A DNA stretch of 55,688 nt, taken from sequence record DRR723986_5549; one strand, written 5' to 3'. Shown here in pieces: positions 50,551 to 55,688 of this stretch (positions are counted from its first letter, which is position 1; each line of letters opens with the position of its first letter). The notes under the pieces were generated by a model, which searched no databases, was not told the origin of the DNA, and saw nothing but the letters and a program-made list of their open reading frames with translations. The position numbers and the translations under genes are program-made.

Positions 50551-51828
50551 TCAAGATCTGGTAAAAATACCCACAACTTCTAAATGGCTGGACCACAAAA
50601 ACTGATCAACTGGTAAAATACTATCAAGAGTATAGCCACCATCAGCCAATATGCGGGCGTCCCGTGCAAATGTATTGGGGTTACAGGATACAGAAACCAC
50701 CCGTTTTACCGCTGATTGAGCAATTTCTGTCATTTGCGCTTGCGCTCCGGCGCGTGGCGGGTCAATCACCACGGCATCAAAGCCCGCCAATTCCTTGGCG
50801 GTTAAAGGCCGCCGAAACAAATCACGGTGTTTGGATACAATTTGCTTTAATTTTACGCCATGAGCAGCACTGAAGTTGCGCCCCGCTTCCAAACAGTTAA
50901 TTGATTGCTGTGCACCCTCAACTGCTAACACTTGATGTTTTAGTGCCAAAGGAAAGCTAAAAGTGCCCAGGCCACAAAACAGGTCTGCCACTCGGCCAAA
51001 TCCTTCGCATGCATCAACTACATGCTCGACCATTGCCTTTTCGCATGCAGCAGATGCCTGAATGAAAGAGGCAGGTGGTAGTGGCACTTTTATACCGGCA
51101 AAGTCCATCACAGGTTCTCGTCTGATAGATACCGGGTCCATAAACCCATCGTGCTGCCAATACAGGCTTGCTATATCCATCGTGTCCGCAAAGTTGGCGA
51201 GCAACTCGCGCGCAGCCAAGTCCAGCGGCAGCGATGCATCGATCAGTATATCCAAGCCATTAGAAGCAACGGTACAATGCACGGCTGCCAAAGACCGAGC
51301 GGGTAAAATCTTGCTCAGCACAGTTTTTAACTGCGGCACAATTTGCATGATCGCAGGCGTTGTAACCGTGCATTCTTCCAAGCTGATAATTTGATGGCTA
51401 CTTTTTGCATTAAACCCCAGAACCAGACCTGAACCACCTTTATGGGCTTTAAACGATACACGCCGCCTACCGCCAATAGGCGCGAATATTGGCTCAAGTA
51501 CTGGTATATTTTCAAAACCATGCTGACCCAGCGCAAGACTTGCACGCTGTGTAATCCAGCGTTGATAAAAATCATCACTCAAATGCTGAAGCTGGCAGCC
51601 ACCACATTTGCTGAAATGCTTACAATCCGGCTGGGTTCGGTATGCACTCGGTTTTTCAACCGATTCCAATTTGGCATAAAGACCGCCACGCTTTTTCTCC
51701 TGAACACTGACTGAAACCACCTCATCAGGTAGTGCTCCTGGCACGTATACAGGCAAGCCCTCATACTCACCTATACCGTCCCCTTGGGCACCAAGCCGCT
51801 TAATGGCTACAGAAAATAGTTCAGACAC
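50551..51828 (-). CDS. rlmD: RNA m5U methyltransferase, RlmD/TrmA family
   Basis: N-terminal TRAM-like domain, C.HF..CGGC.LQH, SFIQ, DLFCGLG, DPPRAG, VSCNP, VDQF.WS.H.E; GTG start 51828, ORF track 51843. Confidence 0.85.
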   Translation of the reverse strand: MSELFSVAIKRLGAQGDGIGEYEGLPVYVPGALPDEVVSVSVQEKKRGGLYAKLESVEKPSAYRTQPDCKHFSKCGGCQLQHLSDDFYQRWITQRASLALGQHGFENIPVLEPIFAPIGGRRRVSFKAHKGGSGLVLGFNAKSSHQIISLEECTVTTPAIMQIVPQLKTVLSKILPARSLAAVHCTVASNGLDILIDASLPLDLAARELLANFADTMDIASLYWQHDGFMDPVSIRREPVMDFAGIKVPLPPASFIQASAACEKAMVEHVVDACEGFGRVADLFCGLGTFSFPLALKHQVLAVEGAQQSINCLEAGRNFSAAHGVKLKQIVSKHRDLFRRPLTAKELAGFDAVVIDPPRAGAQAQMTEIAQSAVKRVVSVSCNPNTFARDARILADGGYTLDSILPVDQFLWSSHLEVVGIFTRS

Positions 51829-52564
51829 GGTCCTTGACCCCATGTATCAAAAACTCAATATTGCCTTCAGGTCCCTTAATCGGGCTTTGTACAACACCAA
51901 TAGACCGCCAAGCTGGGAGTGTATCAAGCCAATCGCGTATATCTTGGCAAACGGCTGTATGAAGTTCGGGGTCGCGCACGACGCCGCCCTTACCTACGTT
52001 ATCCCTACCTACCTCAAATTGAGGCTTGATCAATGCAATCAAAGCACCACCCTGCTTCACAAAAGACAGTGCTGTAGGCAAAACTGTTTTCAGGGAGATA
52101 AAACTTGCGTCGCAAACGACCAAATCAACTGAGTCTGAAATTTGGTCTTCAGTCAGGTAACGGGCGTTCGTTTTTTCCAGAACTACCACCCGGTCATCAT
52201 TTCTAAGTTTCCAGGCCAACTGACCACGACCAACATCGACGGCGTAAACCTTCGCGGCTCCATTTTCCAAAGCTACGTCAGTAAAACCCCCGGTCGAAGA
52301 GCCAACATCAATGACTATTGCGTCTTTGCAATTAACCGAGAATTCGCTCAGGCCTTTTTCCAGCTTTAATCCGCCGCGACTAACCCACGGATGGTCTTTG
52401 CCGCGCACTTCAAGAGCAGTATCTTCCTTAATTTGATGTCCGGCTTTCGTAATTTTGGTTTCACCGGAGTAAACCACACCCGCCATAATTAAAGCCTGCG
52501 CCTTTGAACGTGTCTCCACCAGCCCACGGTCAACCAGCGCTACATCTACTCTGATTTTTGCCAC
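51821..52564 (-). CDS. tlyA: TlyA family RNA methyltransferase
   Basis: S4 domain, VSRGGLKL, DVGSSTGGFTD, DASFISL, KPQFE, SPIKG..GN.E. Confidence 0.95.
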   Translation of the reverse strand: MAKIRVDVALVDRGLVETRSKAQALIMAGVVYSGETKITKAGHQIKEDTALEVRGKDHPWVSRGGLKLEKGLSEFSVNCKDAIVIDVGSSTGGFTDVALENGAAKVYAVDVGRGQLAWKLRNDDRVVVLEKTNARYLTEDQISDSVDLVVCDASFISLKTVLPTALSFVKQGGALIALIKPQFEVGRDNVGKGGVVRDPELHTAVCQDIRDWLDTLPAWRSIGVVQSPIKGPEGNIEFLIHGVKDRV

Positions 52565-52584
52565 GAGCTGGTTTTTCCAAAAAT

Positions 52585-54510
52585 TTACTTATTAGCAGCC
52601 GACTGACCAAAACTATTATGGCCTAGAGCTTTAAGTGCCGCTGACACGATGCCGGAAGCATTTAAGCCTGCATCTTCATACATTTGTTCAGGCTTACCGT
52701 GATCGATGAAAGCATCAGGTAATTTGAGTGCACGAACTCGCACACGACCATCAAGAATGCCTTCTTCAGCGCAGAAATCCATTACATGGGCACCAAAGCC
52801 ACCAATAGAACCCTCTTCTACCGTCAATACCAAATCATGTGTTGCCGCTAGGTCACGGATTAACTGGTGATCAATGGGCTTTGCGAAACGTGCATCTGCT
52901 ACAGTTGTTGAAAGACCACGCGCTTCCAACTGCTCAGCGGCAGCCATAGCCTCGCCTAAACGAGCCCCTAATGACAAAATGGCAATCTTGGTGCCTTTTT
53001 TAACGATACGGCCTTTGCCGATTTCCAGCACTGTGCCGCGATCAGGCATCTCAACGCCGGACCCTTCGCCGCGCGGATAACGCACCGCAGAGGGCCGGTC
53101 ATTAATCGAAACGCATGTGGCAACCATATGCTTCAGCTCAGCCTCATCAGCTGCCGCCATAACAACCATGTTCGGCAAGCTGGCCAAATAGGTCACATCA
53201 AAGCTGCCCGCGTGGGTTGGGCCATCTGCACCTACGAGCCCGGCACGGTCAATGGCAAAACGTACTGGCAGGTTTTGCACCGCCACGTCGTGCACGATTT
53301 GGTCGTATGCCCGTTGCAGAAAGGTTGAATATATTGTCGCGAAAGGCTTGTAACCCTCACAGGCCATGCCAGCGGCAAATGTAACAGCATGCTGCTCGGC
53401 TATGCCCACATCAAATGATCTGTCGGGGTAAGCGTTGGCGAATTTATCAATGCCTGTACCCGAAGGCATAGCCGCCGTTATAGCAACAATTTTATCGTCC
53501 CGGCTCGCCTCGTCTATCAGTGCTTCCGCGAAAACATTGGTGAATGTAGGTGCCGCAGGCGCTGATTTTTTCCGCTCACCCGTCACCAGATTAAACTGGG
53601 GCACCGCATGATATTTTTCTTGGTGTGGTTCTTCAAAGGGATGCCCACGGCCTTTTTCTGTAACCACATGCACCAGCATTGGACCATCGGATGCGTCGCG
53701 CACATTTTCCAGAACAGGCAACAAATGCTCCATATTGTGCCCATCTATGGGGCCAACATAGTAAAAACCTAATTGGTCAAACAAGGTGCCAGTACCGGCC
53801 GCAAGGCTGCGTGCAGTTTCTTCCGCTAACCGCGCCCTTTCCGCCAGAGGCTTGGGCAATATATCGACTATTTTCTTACCAAACCCTCGCAAACTCAGGA
53901 ATGTTTCAGAACTGATAATTTTTGCCAAATATGCACTGAGGCCGCCCACTGCAGGCGCAATTGACATATCATTGTCGTTCAAAATAACAACAAGGCGGTT
54001 ACCGGCCTGTTCAGCGTTATTCATTGCCTCGTAAGCCATGCCTGCGCTCATTGCGCCGTCACCAATGACCGCAATGGCACGGCCTGGGTCACCAGACAAT
54101 TTGTTAGCAACAGCCATACCCAGCGCAGCACTAATAGATGTTGACGAATGGCCAGCGCCAAACGGGTCATAGTCACTTTCACTACGTTTAGTAAACGGTG
54201 ACAACCCTTTGGGTTGGCGAATTGATCTGATTTTATCGCGTCGCCCCGTTAAAACTTTATGAGGGTACGCCTGATGGCCTACATCCCATATCAGACGGTC
54301 ATCCGGGGTGTTAAACACATAGTGAAGCGCAACGGTTAGTTCTACAACGCCGAGCCCGGCACCAAAATGACCACCTGAAACCGATGCAGCATCAATAATT
54401 TCAGTGCGCAATTGGTCAGCGACCTCTTGCAAGTCTTCGCGAGGAAGCTTTCGAAGATCAGTCGGAGACTGGATTTTATCCAGCAAATGTGTTTCTGGTC
54501 GATTTGTCAC
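52585..54510 (-). CDS. dxs: 1-deoxy-D-xylulose-5-phosphate synthase
   Basis: [59 protein letters not shown]. Confidence 0.98.
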   Translation of the reverse strand: MTNRPETHLLDKIQSPTDLRKLPREDLQEVADQLRTEIIDAASVSGGHFGAGLGVVELTVALHYVFNTPDDRLIWDVGHQAYPHKVLTGRRDKIRSIRQPKGLSPFTKRSESDYDPFGAGHSSTSISAALGMAVANKLSGDPGRAIAVIGDGAMSAGMAYEAMNNAEQAGNRLVVILNDNDMSIAPAVGGLSAYLAKIISSETFLSLRGFGKKIVDILPKPLAERARLAEETARSLAAGTGTLFDQLGFYYVGPIDGHNMEHLLPVLENVRDASDGPMLVHVVTEKGRGHPFEEPHQEKYHAVPQFNLVTGERKKSAPAAPTFTNVFAEALIDEASRDDKIVAITAAMPSGTGIDKFANAYPDRSFDVGIAEQHAVTFAAGMACEGYKPFATIYSTFLQRAYDQIVHDVAVQNLPVRFAIDRAGLVGADGPTHAGSFDVTYLASLPNMVVMAAADEAELKHMVATCVSINDRPSAVRYPRGEGSGVEMPDRGTVLEIGKGRIVKKGTKIAILSLGARLGEAMAAAEQLEARGLSTTVADARFAKPIDHQLIRDLAATHDLVLTVEEGSIGGFGAHVMDFCAEEGILDGRVRVRALKLPDAFIDHGKPEQMYEDAGLNASGIVSAALKALGHNSFGQSAANK

Positions 54511-54572
54511 GAGATATTCTTTTCGCCTTCTTCAGCTTTTGTCAACATAATGACACTTTTAATACACTGTCT

Positions 54573-55481
54573 TCAGGTGCGGCGAAATATAGCAAAGTGC
54601 GCTATGGCCCGCAAAAGTGACGCCTTTTCATCAAACTCGCTCAAATGCGCAATGGCCTGATCAGCGAGAATGCTTGCCTGCGTTCGCGCGCGCTCAACGC
54701 CCATAATGCCAACAAGCGTTGCTTTGCCGGCGTCTGCATCTTTATTAACCGCTTTTCCAACTTCAGCTTCATCGCCTTCAACATCCAGCAGGTCATCTGC
54801 AATCTGGAAGGCCAAGCCCATGTCCCGAGCATATCCCTGCATAGACGCAAGAGCTTCCTTGCTGGCATGTCCAAGAAGCGCCCCTGCCTCGACAGAAAAA
54901 CTGATCAAAGCACCGGTTTTCATTTGCTGGAGCCTAAAAATCTCGGCCTTGTCCAATTCATGCTCACTTGCACTTAAATCAATCATCTGGCCCCCAACCA
55001 TTCCATGATGGCCAGACGCATGCGCCAAGTTTTTTATAAGTTCCAGGCGCACATGAGGGTCCGGGTGCGTTGCTTCATCAGCCAGTATTTCAAAGGCAAG
55101 CGTCATGAGTGCGTCTCCCGCCAAAATGGCGGTCGCTTCATCAAAAGCTTTATGAACAGTGGGCTTACCGCGACGCAAGTCGTCGTCGTCCATGGCCGGC
55201 AGGTCATCATGTATCAATGAATAACAATGAATGCATTCAACAACCGCAGCAACTCTCAGTGCTTGTTTTTTATCAACACCGAACAACTCTGAGCTGGCAA
55301 GAACTAAAAGGGGTCGAAGCCGCTTTCCACCGGAAAAAAACGAATAGCGCATGGCCTCAACTACCTTGGCTTCTGGTCCAGATGGAACCGCAAGTATAGG
55401 GTCCATTAAGCGCTCAATAGCCTTAGAAGTCGCATGAAGTGCATCCGTTAGCGCATTGTTATCAAAAGATTTATCAGACAT
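54573..55481 (-). CDS. ispA: Farnesyl diphosphate synthase (geranyltranstransferase)
   Basis: GGKRLRP, SLIHDDLPAMDDDDLRRGKP, GQ..D, KTGAL, FQIADDLLD; ATG 55481 overlaps the xseB stop (TGATG). Confidence 0.96.
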   Translation of the reverse strand: MSDKSFDNNALTDALHATSKAIERLMDPILAVPSGPEAKVVEAMRYSFFSGGKRLRPLLVLASSELFGVDKKQALRVAAVVECIHCYSLIHDDLPAMDDDDLRRGKPTVHKAFDEATAILAGDALMTLAFEILADEATHPDPHVRLELIKNLAHASGHHGMVGGQMIDLSASEHELDKAEIFRLQQMKTGALISFSVEAGALLGHASKEALASMQGYARDMGLAFQIADDLLDVEGDEAEVGKAVNKDADAGKATLVGIMGVERARTQASILADQAIAHLSEFDEKASLLRAIAHFAIFRRT

Positions 55482-55688
55482 CAAATATCAGCATCAAACG
55501 AAGCAGTTGAAACAGCTTCACCCTTTTCATCGAGTGTTATTTTTTCGATCTTGGCTTGTGCATTTTTCAGCAAAGATTCGCAGTGCGCTTTCAATGCTGT
55601 ACCACGAGTATAGAGGTCAATTGACTTCTCCAAGGGTGCCGAGCCCGATTCCAGTTGTGCAACAACTTGATCTAGCTCTGCCATCGCC
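55481..55688 (-). CDS. xseB: Exodeoxyribonuclease VII small subunit; 5' end lies outside the window
   Basis: A.AEL..V..LESG..PLE.SI.LY.RG..L..HC...L..A; conserved xseB-ispA-dxs order. Confidence 0.93.
   Translation of the reverse strand, partial: AMAELDQVVAQLESGSAPLEKSIDLYTRGTALKAHCESLLKNAQAKIEKITLDEKGEAVSTASFDADI

Noticed and set aside
51821-52564. TlyA as a hemolysin or virulence gene
   Set aside because: S4 plus methyltransferase architecture in the conserved dxs neighbourhood indicates a housekeeping RNA methylase

Overview
Gene-dense chromosomal segment with about 51 CDS, most likely from a heterotrophic alphaproteobacterium (inferred from the pdxH/J-domain protein/fabI/aroC and xseB-ispA-dxs-tlyA gene order and from CtrA-like boxes). 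I see no mobile element, CRISPR array, tRNA or rRNA. There are three blocks. (1) 1-19.5 kb is an amino-acid catabolism supercluster: methylcrotonyl-CoA carboxylase alpha and isovaleryl-CoA dehydrogenase, a Leu/Phe/Val dehydrogenase, the bkd complex, a MarR-controlled hppD-VOC-FAH-maiA-phhA operon, ald-asparaginase with a divergent Lrp regulator, and cysteine synthase. (2) 21.7-44.8 kb is a large acyl-CoA/lipid catabolism island: patatin, two acyl-CoA ligases, three acyl-CoA dehydrogenases, four SDRs, MaoC, thiolase, an APH-type kinase, two thioesterases, Fe-ADH, ALDH and a class II aldolase. (3) 44.9-55.7 kb is housekeeping. Two signals stand out. First, the Phe/Tyr operon has every homogentisate-pathway ring step except hmgA, and a VOC metalloprotein with a 2-His-1-Glu signature occupies the missing position, making it a candidate non-homologous homogentisate dioxygenase. 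Second, an APH kinase, an Asp-type ACAD, SDRs and a CoA ligase form a split ACAD10/11- or Lva-like phospho-acyl-CoA route, embedded in an (R)-specific beta-oxidation set. All functional calls come from motif recognition and context; no database searches were run.
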